Translations under genes and position numbers: made by a program
In this document: positions 27,015 through 40,335 of the stretch, one piece after another
Layout: each line of letters opens with the position of its first letter
How positions within the stretch are numbered: the stretch's first letter is position 1
The notes under the pieces: generated by a model
The model's database searches: none
Seen by the model: only the letters and a program-made list of their open reading frames with translations
Told to the model about the DNA's origin: nothing
DNA from: Octopus vulgaris
Taxonomy: Eukaryota
Length of the DNA stretch: 64,000 bases
Reading direction: 5' to 3'
Assembly: GCA_951406725.2 (NCBI GenBank)
Contig: OX597821.1
Coordinates: forward strand, 67,642,001-67,706,000

Positions 27015-27627
27015 AGCAGAAAATTCTGGAAGCTCACGGCAGGAATTTGTTTAATCATGGCTGCCTCCTTGGACCTAAACAAGAACATGAGAGGAATACT
27101 TCTCGTCGCTTGTTCTCAATCGGGTTCCACACAAACCATGCAAGATTTTGTCGTCAAAATTTTTCTGCTATAAATTGGTTATAATCCTTCAATGTATTTT
27201 AACAATATTTCTTTACAATTTAATCATAGAAATACAATACAATCTTTTTAAAACATCGAATGGCTATGGAGATCCAACCGATTAAAATAAAAGTCAAAAG
27301 ATATATAGGTAAGAAATAGTAGAGAACCATTGTTCTACGTGATCGATCGACATTTTAGATTGACGTATTAATATCGTGAAAATGGAAAGAGACAGTGAAC
27401 AGTTCAGTCTTTGACATTCCTGAACGACAGACATGAAGGCAGTGGCTTACTAGGGGCTATATAATGACAACAGCAATAGCAATTAACTATGAGAATAACA
27501 ATTTACTCATCCAGCTTACGGCTAATTTGGACTTCGTTGTTGACCAGATGTCAGGCTGGTGAAAATATAGATTGTCTTTCTTAACCATTAACATAAAGGT
27601 AGCCCTCTCAACTCTCTCTCTCTCTCT

Positions 27628-27765
<138 letters not shown>

Positions 27766-27769
27766 ACTC

Positions 27770-28852
27770 AAGGCCAGTTAAAGGCAGTAGTGCGCCTCAA
27801 GGGACTCTTGGGTCCGCACCATTTATAATCTATACAAACGACCTTTCCGGCGTCGTAAAACACAGCAAAGTGAAAATATTTGCTGGTGACACTAACCTCC
27901 AGAAAATCATCAATGAATAAGAAGACCAAACTCAACTCCAGTCTGATGTACATGTGGTAAGTCAAAGGGCCAAAAAAAACAACAAAATGCAACTAAAGGA
28001 GAGAAAATTTGATCTGACGCATTTTGGAAAAATTACTTTGCTAAAATAACCATACTCCCTTCCTTTAGGGTAACCTCTCACACCATCTAATAATATCAGA
28101 GACCTAGCAGTAATTGTTGATAACAATCTCAGTTGGAGTGCCCACATCAACAATAAGGTCGATATAGCTCATAGGATGAGCTCCTGGATCTTAAGAACCT
28201 TCCGGTCCAGAGAACAAGGTGTTATCATTCCACTTTCCTCCTCCTCCTTTGTATGGCCACACCTCGAATACTACTGCCCCCTGTGGTCTCCCCATACAAA
28301 ACATCTGGAAAATTGAATCACAACAGATGGCATTCACTAATTAAATTAAGTGCATGACTGTTCTCGATTACTGGGACCGACTTAAAGCATTGAAACTCTA
28401 CTCTCTCCAGCGCTGCCGCGGGTGATACATGATTTGCACAATGATGAGGATATACCGCCAGCATTGACCAAACGACCTCAACATTAGCTTCAAAATTCAT
28501 CCAAGGCTAGGACAGCGGGCCATATGTGCTCTACACAATTCAGGATCACAACACATATATTCACTGCAACATTTCTTTTCCTCCTCTGGCCCTGCTCTAT
28601 CCAACATTGTTCCAAGACAGATCAAAGAGAAAAAGGATCCCATCACCTTTAATCGGAATCTGGACAAATTTCTTAAGGAATACCACATAAGCCACCTATA
28701 CCAAGATACAACTCGCTTATCAAGAACTCCCTAATCAAATGGACTATGATACCACAAAATTTGACTTTAAAAGATTAGGATAATCCTATCAGGTGGTGCT
28801 ATAAAGTTTGACATGGCCTGGACGAATCTTTCGTCGAAACATATCTAAGTTT
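27770..28852 (+). mobile_element. CR1/L2-group LINE 3' fragment (RT C-terminus plus 3' UTR)
   Basis: RDLAVIVDNNLSWSAHIN...WILRTFRSR...PHLEYYCPLWSPH, read from ~28100. Confidence 0.85.
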
Positions 28853-28969
28853 TTAATCATGTATATATGTATGTATATATGCATCTATATAATATATATA
28901 TGCGTGTGTGTGTGTGTGTGTATGTATATATATATATATATATATGCATGTTTATATATATATACATAC

Positions 28970-29018
<49 letters not shown>

Positions 29019-29020
<2 letters not shown>

Positions 29021-29183
29021 CGTAGGAATGGCTGTGTGGTAAGTAGCTTGCTTACCAACCACATGGTTCCGGGTACAGTCCCACTGCGTGGCACCTTGGG
29101 CAAGTGTCTTCTACTATAGCCTCGGGCCGACCAAAGCCTTGTGAGTGGATTTGGTAGACGGAAACGGAAAGAAGCCCGTCGTA

Positions 29184-29244
<61 letters not shown>

Positions 29245-29472
29245 ATGTGTATATGTTTGTGTTCTGTGTTTGTCCCCCCAACATCGCTTAACAACCGATG
29301 CTGGTGTGTTTACGTCCCCGTAACTTAGCGGTTCGGCAAAAGAGACCGATAGAATAAGTACTAGACTCACAAAGAATAAGTCCTGGGGTCGATTTGCTCG
29401 ATTAAAAAGGTGGTGCTTCAGCATGGCCACAGTCAAATGACTGAAACAAGTAAAAGAGTAAAAGAGTAAAGA

Positions 29473-29474
<2 letters not shown>
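29019..29474 (+). mobile_element. SINE-A, full length
   Basis: Complete head, internal microsatellite and tail. Confidence 0.92.
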
Positions 29475-29518
<44 letters not shown>

Positions 29519-29520
<2 letters not shown>

Positions 29521-30066
29521 CCAGCCGAAATTGCAAAGATAATCTGGAACTCGACAGAGGAAAGAAAACGCCGAATGACCCGTCCTTGTTTTCTTTGTAT
29601 CGTCTATCTGGATGTTTTTTGTCCCTTTTTTGTATCACCTAATTGTCTGGATGTTCTACGTTCTTGTCCCATTTTGTATCTTTTATACATAAAACATATA
29701 GCGGCGTACGTACGCTTTGGTCTCTTATATGGAAGTTTAACTTTATCTAAATCTTGTACGACTGTATTGTTTCTGTTATTCTTTCATCCTTTCTATCTGA
29801 CCTTTCACGCTTACTTCGTACATTCCACTCTTCGTTCTTTCGTTTCTCCTCTCTCAATTTTTCATTTCTTCTCTTCATGCTCACTTTCCCTCCTCTTTTC
29901 ATTAATAATTTTAAATTTTTAACTTTAAATTTAAATAATTTAAATTTTGAATTTTATATTTAATATATTTTGTATATTATATTAATTAATTTTATTTCTA
30001 TGTTTTGGTTATGTTTTTCACTGTTTGATTTGCCTAACAGTGGTTTTATCTCTAATTTAATTTATA

Positions 30067-30110
<44 letters not shown>

Positions 30111-30330
30111 CATATATAAATATATACACATCTATATATATATATATATATATATATGTAAATGTAAAAAAATACAAACTGGGACAAGAACGTGAAACAT
30201 TTAGAAGACGATACAAAAAACACGGACGGGACATTCGAAGCCTTCAATCTTCAGTCAAGAACCGGATCATCTTCGCAATTTCGGCTGATTAATCTTGAGA
30301 TTGCTCCGATCTGGCCAGCCCCAAAGGAAC
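29519..30330. mobile_element. Two inverted, diverged copies of a (TA)n-inserted repeat (29519-29690 plus; 30157-30330 minus)
   Basis: Shared cagccgaaattgc.aagat...cccgtcc.tgtttt...acgttcttgtccca.tttgtat. Confidence 0.6.
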
Positions 30331-30365
<35 letters not shown>

Positions 30366-30471
30366 AAATTTAGAGGATTGACCACTAAAAATGGACAGCC
30401 TAAATGCTAGATTTTGACGTCTATATCTAGCATTTAGGCTGTCCATTTTTAGTGGTCAATCCTCTAAATTT
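30366..30471. repeat. Perfect 47-bp inverted repeat with 12-nt spacer inside (TA)n
   Basis: Arms 30366-30412 and 30425-30471. Confidence 0.95.
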
Positions 30472-31127
30472 ATATATATATATATATCATATATCATATA
30501 TTCTACATATAAATAATATAAGATCAGCAGTTAAATATAGAACACTAGAGATCAGTGGTGGAGCATAGCGTCGGCAAGACAGTGTACATTTATTAGATGC
30601 AACGTTGAATGTCCGCTCGACCAAACCTCTAAACTTTTGTCGAATGTCAAACAGTAAACTATTAATAAAGGCATCGGTAATAAAAATAATAAACTTGACA
30701 CTGCCTATAAAGAATGAGCATGCCCAGAAGCATATTTTAGATCCTCTTTAATGGTAAAGAATATTGTTGAATCAGTATATAGTACATAATCTGTATGAGA
30801 TTGTGTGCAACATAACCAACATGTGCAATTTCAACACTGAGATATTTACGCACATACAAGAAAAATGTGCAATATATATATAAGTTTCCGTGTGTGTATG
30901 TGTGTGCGTTTGTGTTTGTGTGAGTGTGGTGTGTCTTTGTGTGTGTGCGTGTGTGTGTGTGTGTGTGCGTGTGTGTGTGAGAGTGTGTTTTTGTGTAAGG
31001 AAATGTGTTTATATATGTAAACACACATCTACTTGAACAGATAAAAGCAGGTATATTTATATCTATATCTATCTGTATATATATATAGACATACATGTAA
31101 ATAAATAAATATAATATATATATGTAT

Positions 31128-31214
<87 letters not shown>

Positions 31215-31893
31215 CAGGTGTGTGTGACTGTGTGTATGGTCTTTTTGCTATATACATAAATATATATATAAATACGCACACATTTCTCTCTATATATTTC
31301 TAGTTAAATTTGTGTGTGTGTGTGTGTATGTGTGTGTATGTGTATATGTGTGTGTCTGAATGCAGGTATACATATGTAATGTTAGAGTGTACTTAATAAG
31401 ATATATATTTTCATACAATTTTGATTGACTCGCCTTCGGTCTGTGAAAACCGGATTATATTGTGAAAGGCTCAAGGTTGTAGAAGCTTCACACTTCAATG
31501 AAATCTGTAATATCATTTAACCAAAGAATCAGTTTCTAAGATCCAAATGTGTGCTTTACTCCTTAAAGGGGAACCGATTAGTTATAAGCATGAATACACC
31601 AGTGCGAATATCCATGAGTTTCAATCTGCTTGAGCATACGTTAGTGCGTATGTAAGAGTTTGATTATGAGTGTGACTATGGCAGTGTCTACAAGGTGGGG
31701 TGTACGCGTGTGGGTAGGTGCGAAAGCGAGATATATTTCATATCGCTGTTCAAACAATGAATACAGAAATTCATCATGAAATTATACATATATATGTGGT
31801 TATGTGCGTATACGTTTATAGAAAGTGTTAACACAATGCACATAAACCTATGATATGCAAGCGCGCATGTATACACGTAAAGACGTTTGCATA

Positions 31894-31939
<46 letters not shown>

Positions 31940-32215
31940 CATATGTGTATGAATATATATGCATAAGCATATATGCCCATAAAAGAATACACACACACAC
32001 GTCTATATTAAGCATGCATATTACATCAGTCTAGTTAGTGTGTCAGTTATTACTGCAAATTGCTCCAGTGCAGATTAGAACACAAATCCATAATATAAAA
32101 CTAATTATAACTACATTCATATATATATATATATATATATGCATGTATATATGTATATACATATATATATACATATCTAATATATATATATATTTGTGTA
32201 TATATGTGTAACATA

Positions 32216-32284
<69 letters not shown>

Positions 32285-32625
32285 GTATGTATATACACAT
32301 ATATACATATATACATATACACATACATCAATATATATATATATATGCATATACGGTATGTATATATTGTGAAAGTGACGAATGTGAATATGTACTATTA
32401 ACGAGCTACATATGCCTGTGGGCGTGATTCTCTGTGTATGAATATATATGTATGTAAGTATATAGGTATGTATGCATGTATATATATATATATGTATATA
32501 TATATATACACATATATATATACATATATATATATGTGTATATATATATATATATACACACACTCACATGCATACATAATTACATACCTACAATCATACT
32601 TATATGTATATATGTATATACATAT

Positions 32626-32704
<79 letters not shown>

Positions 32705-32714
32705 CACATAAGCC

Positions 32715-32763
<49 letters not shown>

Positions 32764-32889
32764 GAAAAAGATAGAGAAACGAAAAGACAGAAGCGAGGCG
32801 TATGATATGAGCAGTTGCTGCAAGTAGATAGAGCAACACTTTGTTATTTTCATTTTCACCCTATGTAGTCAGACTTCTGAAGAAAATAT

Positions 32890-32928
32890 TACCCATAATG
32901 CCTCGTAGTCGTGCTGCCACCTGGTGAG
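32890..32928. promoter_or_regulatory. Adjacent ZNF143/Staf-like and CTCF-like motifs
   Basis: tacccataatgcctcg (32890-32905) and gtgctgccacctggtgag (32911-32928). Confidence 0.4.
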
Positions 32929-33163
32929 AGAGTGCGGATGTCATTACGAATATCTCATTCATCTTGTTTTGTTGTACTTCAAAAATATTTCAATAGTTTT
33001 CGTTAACAACGGAATTAAATTTGCCCTATCTGCATGGGAGACAAGCATATGGATATCTGCGAATTTTAATCGCGTTTAAATGAATGCGCGCACACATGCA
33101 TACGTGCAAGTACAAATGACAGCGTGTGCACGAATATATGTAATTAGTTATATGTGGTATATG

Positions 33164-33251
<88 letters not shown>

Positions 33252-33282
33252 CACATATACACACGTACATAAATACATACAT

Positions 33283-33362
<80 letters not shown>

Positions 33363-33406
33363 CGGTGCCCCAGCTCGTGAGCTGAAAGTAGAATCAATCA
33401 ATCAAT

Positions 33407-33453
<47 letters not shown>

Positions 33454-33653
33454 AAGACAGTAACTTCGAACTTTGACTTGCGATTCTTCGTCATATTTTC
33501 CGACCAAGATTATCAGGCCGGCATTTTGTTTTCAGTACCACCTCCCTTCTTGTAAAATTATAAGCATGTACTCCGCTAAAATTTACTAGGTAATCCATTA
33601 GTTCAATGTGGAATTATATATAATAAATAACTTTTTAATAAATATATACACGC

Positions 33654-33702
<49 letters not shown>

Positions 33703-33897
33703 CGTAAATTAATATGTGTGTATATGTATATCGTTGGCCATGATTCCCCTCATTGCTACTCAGAGTTTCTTTAAGCCTTCGATATCCTTGTATATGGTAT
33801 CTGGATCAATCGTATTGCACTTCGTTTTGGACGTGTGGGACCAACAAAAATGGTCTGTTTCACCACTAACTTAAAATATGATGGTACAAAGCAGTGC

Positions 33898-34284
33898 GTG
33901 GAGGCGCAATGGCCCAGTGGTTAGGGCAGCGGACTCGCGGTGTTAGGATCGCGGTTTCGATTCCCAGACCGGGTGTTGTGAGTGTTTATTGAGCGAAAAC
34001 ACCTAAAGCTCCACGAGGCTCCGACAGGGGATGGTGGTGATCCCTGCTGTACTCTTTCACCACAACTTTCTCTCACTCTTACTTCCTGTTTCTGTTGTAC
34101 CTGTATTTCAAAGGGCCGGCCTTGTCACTCTCTGTGTCACGCTGAATATCCCCGAGAACTACGTTAAGAGTGCACGTGTCTGTTGAGTACTCAGCTACTT
34201 ACACGTTAATTTTACGAGCAGGCTGTTCCGTTGATTCGGATCAACCGGAACCCTCATCGTCGTAACCGACGGAGTGCTTCCACC
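33898..34284 (+). mobile_element. SINE-B head with alternative 3' module (tail X)
   Basis: Perfect 12-bp TSD acaaagcagtgc at 33886-33897 and 34285-34296. Diverges from SINE-B after cttcctgtttct. Confidence 0.9.
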
Positions 34285-35177
34285 ACAAAGCAGTGCAAAA
34301 TTATATAGATATCATTGTAAATTATTTTGCATTTGTGTATAAGTTTATGTATGCATGTATGGTGTCGTTCATTTTGAGTGAAACCATACGCATAAATATT
34401 TATATATAATTAAATAAATGTATGTATATATATATTCATCTGTGTGTGTGGGTGTGAGTGTGTGTCTGGTTGTGAGTGTGGGGAGTGTACGGATACATGT
34501 ATGTAGACATGGGTGTCAGGCATTTTTTGGATAAACTTTCTTTTTGCCATATCTATCGTGTGTGCTACATATGGAAATCAATCATTGCTGATTCCTTTAG
34601 CATTTCAAAACATTCCCAACGTGATCATCGGAATAAAATAAGCATAATAGTGTATCGTTGCAGCATGTCGTAGTGCACCGCAAATGATCATGAGTAGTAG
34701 GATATTTTGATGTTCTAATTGCTTTGGATTGATTTATCGTTTTGTAATAGTAACCTCGCGGTTTCTGTTATACTTTATTTGATCTTTATTTATTAGCGAT
34801 AGAAGTAGAGTATCGTGATCTGGTGGTCTCAGCGCTGGAGATGGTGAGCATTCACCTCGCCGCGGGCGATGTAACCACGGGTGCATTCTGCACCAAAAGT
34901 CGATGTAAGTATTTCTCTCACGAGTATAATTTGTACGTGTAGGTCGTAATAAGCATAAAAGTGTGCTGTATGAAATTGCAAAATAAAAGTAAATAAATTT
35001 TGAGGATGAAAATCTCCATCTTCTAAATCGTTATAATTATGGTCCATGTATGTGTGTACGTGTGAGTTTGTGTGTGTGTGTGAGTGTGTTTGTGTGTACT
35101 TACGTATTTGTGTGTATACATATGTATATGTATGTATGTATATACATATAATGTGTGTGTGTGTTTGTGTGTGTGCA

Positions 35178-35446
35178 GAGGCGCAATGGTCCAGTGGTTA
35201 GGGCAGCGGACTCACGGTCGGAGGATCGCGGTTTCGATTCCCAAACCGAGGGCTATGAGTGTTTATTGAACGAAAACACCTAAAAGCTCCATGAGTCTCC
35301 GGCAGGGGGTGGTGGTGACCCCTGTTGTACACTTTCGCCACAACGTTCTCTCACTTCCTGTTTCTTGAGTAACGCTGCGATGGACTGGCGTCCCGTCCTG
35401 CTGGGGGGAACACATACGCCACAGAAACCAGGAAACCGGGCCCATC

Positions 35447-35447
<1 letters not shown>
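35178..35447 (+). mobile_element. SINE-B lacking its final tail, inside TG repeats
   Basis: Head gaggcgcaatggtccagtggttaggg and V-like gcgatggactggcgtcccgtcc. Confidence 0.9.
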
Positions 35448-35532
<85 letters not shown>

Positions 35533-35790
35533 GAGAATTTTACTTTAATGATTTGAACCCTGTACTTATTTTTTAAGCCCCGTCGGCATTCTATTTTGAT
35601 CTTTTGCTAAGTTACATGGAAGTAAATATGCCACCACCGTTTTCAAGCGATAATGGCAGACCAACAGACATAAAGACGTACACACATACATACACACGCA
35701 AATACATATATACATGCATGCATACATACATATACACATACACACACATTCATATATATATGTATATATGTATATAAATATACATACATA

Positions 35791-36002
35791 TTACGGAGAT
35801 GTACTTGCATAGCAAGTGACCTGATCAGAGATCGTGTGCTGGAACGAAAAAAATTGCAGCATGGAAGGTGTTTATAAGCCATTTAAGAAATAAAATCCGT
35901 TAGATTCACTTCAACATTTAAATTTAATTTGTGAAAAAATGTTCTTCGCTTTGAGACCTCGACCTGTTCACTGACAAAATTTCCGTGCTGCATCTCACGA
36001 TG
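35791..36002. mobile_element. Second copy of the 4606-4814 repeat family (not inverted)
   Basis: ttacggagatgtacttgcatagcaagt...gtgtttataagccatttaagaaa. Confidence 0.8.
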
Positions 36003-36015
36003 TTGTTGTATACAT

Positions 36016-36082
<67 letters not shown>

Positions 36083-36178
36083 GTTAATCCAAACAAGAAA
36101 ACACAGAAAAAAACACAGCAACGCGAGGACGTGGAACAATTAAAGTATTATTGACGCTCAGGAAAGAAGGGAAGGAGG

Positions 36179-36213
36179 GTTTAACGTTTCGAGCGGAGCT
36201 CTTCGTCGGAAAC
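36179..36213 (-). ncRNA. Minimal type-I hammerhead ribozyme-like motif within a PLE-like terminus (36083-36290)
   Basis: Minus strand GUUU-CCGACGA-A-GAGC(UCC)GCUC-GAA-ACGU-U-AAAC: stem I, core with U4C, stem II and a palindromic stem III. Confidence 0.65.
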
Positions 36214-36678
36214 AAAGGAGAAGGAAAGATCCCGAGAAGGGAAGACAGGGAAAAATTTCTTTTTTTTTGCTGGTGGTGCTCAAGAGATCACATATATATA
36301 CGGGGGGGTACTTTCAGTTTCCGTCAACCAAATCCATTCACAAAGCTATGGTAGAAGACTGAACCCAAGAACACATGGTTTGGATGCAAGCTTATTCATA
36401 CATACATATTTGATAACAGAAATAAAACAGAGTGACAAAAGTGGTATAGTTTGCTCTAGCACTAGATAATATAAGGAGAGCAAAATATAGTTTTCTTCTT
36501 CCCAGAATTCCTTAGAACAAAAATATAGAAAGAAACAAACAAACGAAACGAAAGGTGACGCCATTAACGTCATTTGTCATTAATCATAAGAGAAAATTAA
36601 AGCTAAAGATGACGAGAGCGATATATACCAATAAACAATAACAGTTGTTGTACCAAGAAATATTGTCAGGCGACACTG

Positions 36679-37118
36679 ATGTCAAAGGTCAGGACATTTA
36701 TGTTCTTTGTTTTAAGTGTTGATATATAGTTTAATTCTACGTTTGTCAGAAAGCAGTACTTTTATCGTCACGATGTCGTTTAAAAGACGTTTTTTTTTTA
36801 TTGTTTTTGTTTTTGTTTTTTCGCCTGTCGGCCATTTTGAAACGGCAAAGTATGATAATCACGTCACGTAAAAACCCTGCAGACATAGTAACATACATAA
36901 TTTTATCCCTCTAACACCCACAACGATGAGAAAAAAAAAAAAAAAAAATGATAAATAAGAAAATAGATACAACAGGAGAAAATAATGAAGTAAAGAAATA
37001 GTGAATGCGTTAAACAAACGGAAAAGGGAAAAACGTATAGAAATGCTGTTCCTTATAATATTATTTCACACTCAACGCTACGGAAGTATGTCTGCAGCTT
37101 AATTTATTACCGGAAGTA
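36679..37118. promoter_or_regulatory. Candidate enhancer/promoter motif cluster
   Basis: DR1 ATGTCA-A-AGGTCA, YY1-like cggccatttt, CRE-like tcacgtcacg, and two ETS cggaagt sites. Confidence 0.3.
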
Positions 37119-37409
37119 ATGACACAGTTCAATCCAAACATGTTAACATCGGGTTTATAACTAATGGCCTTTTCCGAACGTGGCGATATATATCTGTCGT
37201 GACGAGACGAAATATTATTTTAATGATCTATCTCTCTGCAGGGAAGTGTCGAATGGTGTTTATGCGCGTGTCAATCTCTCTGCCTACACATACATACATA
37301 CATACATACACACATGCATGAATATATATATTGATGGATGAATGTATGTATATATAAATATATGTATACACACACACACATACACACATACACACACACA
37401 TACACACAT

Positions 37410-37446
<37 letters not shown>

Positions 37447-37470
37447 CGTGCAAGCTTACATACACTCACT

Positions 37471-37505
<35 letters not shown>

Positions 37506-37681
37506 TGACATAAATCCATACGCATGTTCATACATACGTAGTATGCGCCTCTCTATTTATGTATGGTCTCGCCTGTCTGCTTGTCATATACTAATAGTTG
37601 GTGTCATGATATCCAACGAATGTTTATTTGATGCGTGTGCACATTTAAGCAGACAAAATATGTATATGTCTGTATGTATTT

Positions 37682-37752
<71 letters not shown>

Positions 37753-38658
37753 CAAACACGCGCGCACATGTATTTCTGTATGAAGCGCAAGGGAGAGAGA
37801 GGGAGAGAGCGGAAGAGAGAAAGTACGAGAGAGTGTATATCGATAAATATCTTGTGATGGCGGTTTGTGATGAAAGAGACAGTTCTGGAACCAAAATATT
37901 TTATACGCATGTAAATCTTGCAAGGTATTAAAAAACATTATATATAGATTGTCATAGATATATCACGTCACTAATTTGACCATTAAACCGTCTTTCAGTA
38001 ATGGTAAACACTATTCGTGTGAAGATTAGCAGGATGTCAATCAGTGATCAGTATAGAGACGACTAGCTATACCTATTCATCATCTGAACAATACATACAA
38101 TCATACATACATACATATATACATACATACATACATATATATGAACATGGCCGATCGTTGTATTCTTTCATGTCTTGAGGTTCACAACCAAATGCCTGGG
38201 TGGATTCCCGTGAAAAATGGCAAACCTGTGGAGAGGGGAGTATAGACTGGTATGCGGTTTGTATTTCTTCCTAGCCCGCATACTTACCGAGAAAATCGAC
38301 TAAAAATTTTCTAATGGAATTCCTGTTTGTTCTGCCATTAAAACAACCAGTTGCTAACACAACCGGCATATACCATTTCGCTAACAACAAGGGGAGTGTA
38401 GGATGACAGTCAGCCAAAACTTTTGCTATGCTGTCTATCTTCTTTCACCTCTTTGTGGGGTTAATTATCTTGATCTCTAGTTACAGTTTCTGATTCAAAC
38501 TACATAATAGGCAGAATTATCGGATTAAGACAGTAGGGTGTTTTGAGGGAGATTTGGCTGCTATTTCTACCAATTCTAGCTAGCATGTAGAGGTCTGAAC
38601 TTAACTTTTATTCACATATGCCTCACCGAAAACGATCCAGCCACATCATCAAAACAGA

Positions 38659-38685
38659 CCGGGTGAAACCGGGCTTAGCTGCTAG
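38659..38685 (+). mobile_element. Helitron 3' terminus
   Basis: GC hairpin ccgg-gtgaaa-ccgg about 9 nt upstream of CTAG, followed by T. Confidence 0.6.
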
Positions 38686-38688
38686 TAT

Positions 38689-38767
<79 letters not shown>

Positions 38768-38771
<4 letters not shown>

Positions 38772-39134
38772 CTCACAGCTGCACGCACATCTGCAATGTT
38801 TATCTCAGTTCCGCTGGTTGTCGGTCTCCCAGGACGTTCGTCAATATCGACATATTTTCGGCTATCTTGGAAACGTTTGAACCACTCGTACACTTCTGTG
38901 CGGTTCATACAGTCCTTTCCAAACACTTTCTGCAATTTTGTGTAGGCCTCTGACTATGTATCACCATGACAACTTTCTGTCATGGTAAATGCAACGATCA
39001 GGCGCTACACATCTTCCTTCCAAGCACTGATGTAAACAATAGGAGTAAGCTAGGACGTTAAAACATAGTGCACATAAACATGTTTTAGCTTCGTTACTAT
39101 GGCAACAGTCCTTATACTTTTTGATCAGACCTCG
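38768..39134 (-). mobile_element. Mariner 5' fragment (TIR plus HTH)
   Basis: TIR cgaggtctgatcaaaaagtataaggact after TA, and the translation VYEWFKRFQD...DERPGRPTT. Confidence 0.85.
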
Positions 39135-39198
<64 letters not shown>

Positions 39199-39258
39199 CA
39201 CACACATACAGACACACACACATATATACATATAAATATATATGTATGTATATATATA

Positions 39259-39318
<60 letters not shown>

Positions 39319-39439
39319 CGTATGTGTGTATGCTTGTGTGTCTGTGTTTGTCCACCCCCAACGACGCTTGACTACCGCTGCTGGTGTGTTTATGTCCCCG
39401 TAACTTAACGGTTCGGCAAAAGAGACCGATAGAGTGTGG

Positions 39440-40262
39440 TGAATAAACGACGCAAAGATGAAAATAATACTGACATCTCATTTTACAAAACTACATAACA
39501 GAATCTTGAAATACAAAAGAGTAAATTTATTCAATAAAACCGCCATTGGCTTGAACCACGGCCTCCAGACGACTTCGGAATCTCCTGCAACTCTTCTGGA
39601 TGGTCTCCTTCTTCAAGTTGGTGAATGCTGTCATAAAAGGTTATTGAGGTTATTCACTCAACTCCACCCACACATAATAATTAAAGGTGTTGCTGCTAGT
39701 TGGTCAAATGTTAGGGGGTGATGATGTCGCAGAAATTGTCTGACAGCCATGACTGGGTTCTCCTGCTTGTGTGACATGGTGCAGAGTCCTGCTGTCAGAT
39801 ATACGGTCTTCCAGCAGCCACCCTCTCGACGAAGGCAACACTACTTCCTCCAGGCACTTGATGTAAACCTCCGTGTTGAGTCTGAGGCCGTGTGAGAAGA
39901 TGAATGGAGGCATACCGTTGCCATCACTAGCCTCACTAGTGATCACTCCAAACACTATGATGTTGATTGGATATTTGATTTTTACCACGCTCGATACAAG
40001 TATTCGGGTTGCACTGTCCTCAGATAGATAGCCAAATACTCTGAAATGTTCCAATTCGAGCTTCCGGTACGAATGTCAAGCAGTACAATATGTCGTTTCC
40101 AAAAATTCTGGCAGAGTGAATTGCAACCTGGTGGTGTTTTTCTTACAGATTGTGCCCAGCCGACCGTACTATACCGTGTAGTCGACAAAATCGAAAACAA
40201 AACAATGCGCATGCAAGAAATTAAAGATATAGAATGGTGACAGTTTACCCATCGCGCCCTGC
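39440..40262 (-). mobile_element. Second, internally deleted copy of the Tc1/maT-like element
   Basis: KYPINIIVFGVITSE...PPFIFSHGLRLNTEVYIKCL, and terminal cagggcgcgatgggtaaactgtc. Confidence 0.8.
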
Positions 40263-40275
40263 ATGTATGTATATA

Positions 40276-40335
<60 letters not shown>

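Noticed and set aside
28786-28802. CTCF-like ctatcaggtggtgcta
   Set aside because: Several mismatches and located inside a LINE 3' UTR, with no independent support.
33898-33975. tRNA genes at SINE heads
   Set aside because: A and B boxes are present but there is no closed acceptor or anticodon stem, and they are always followed by a SINE body.
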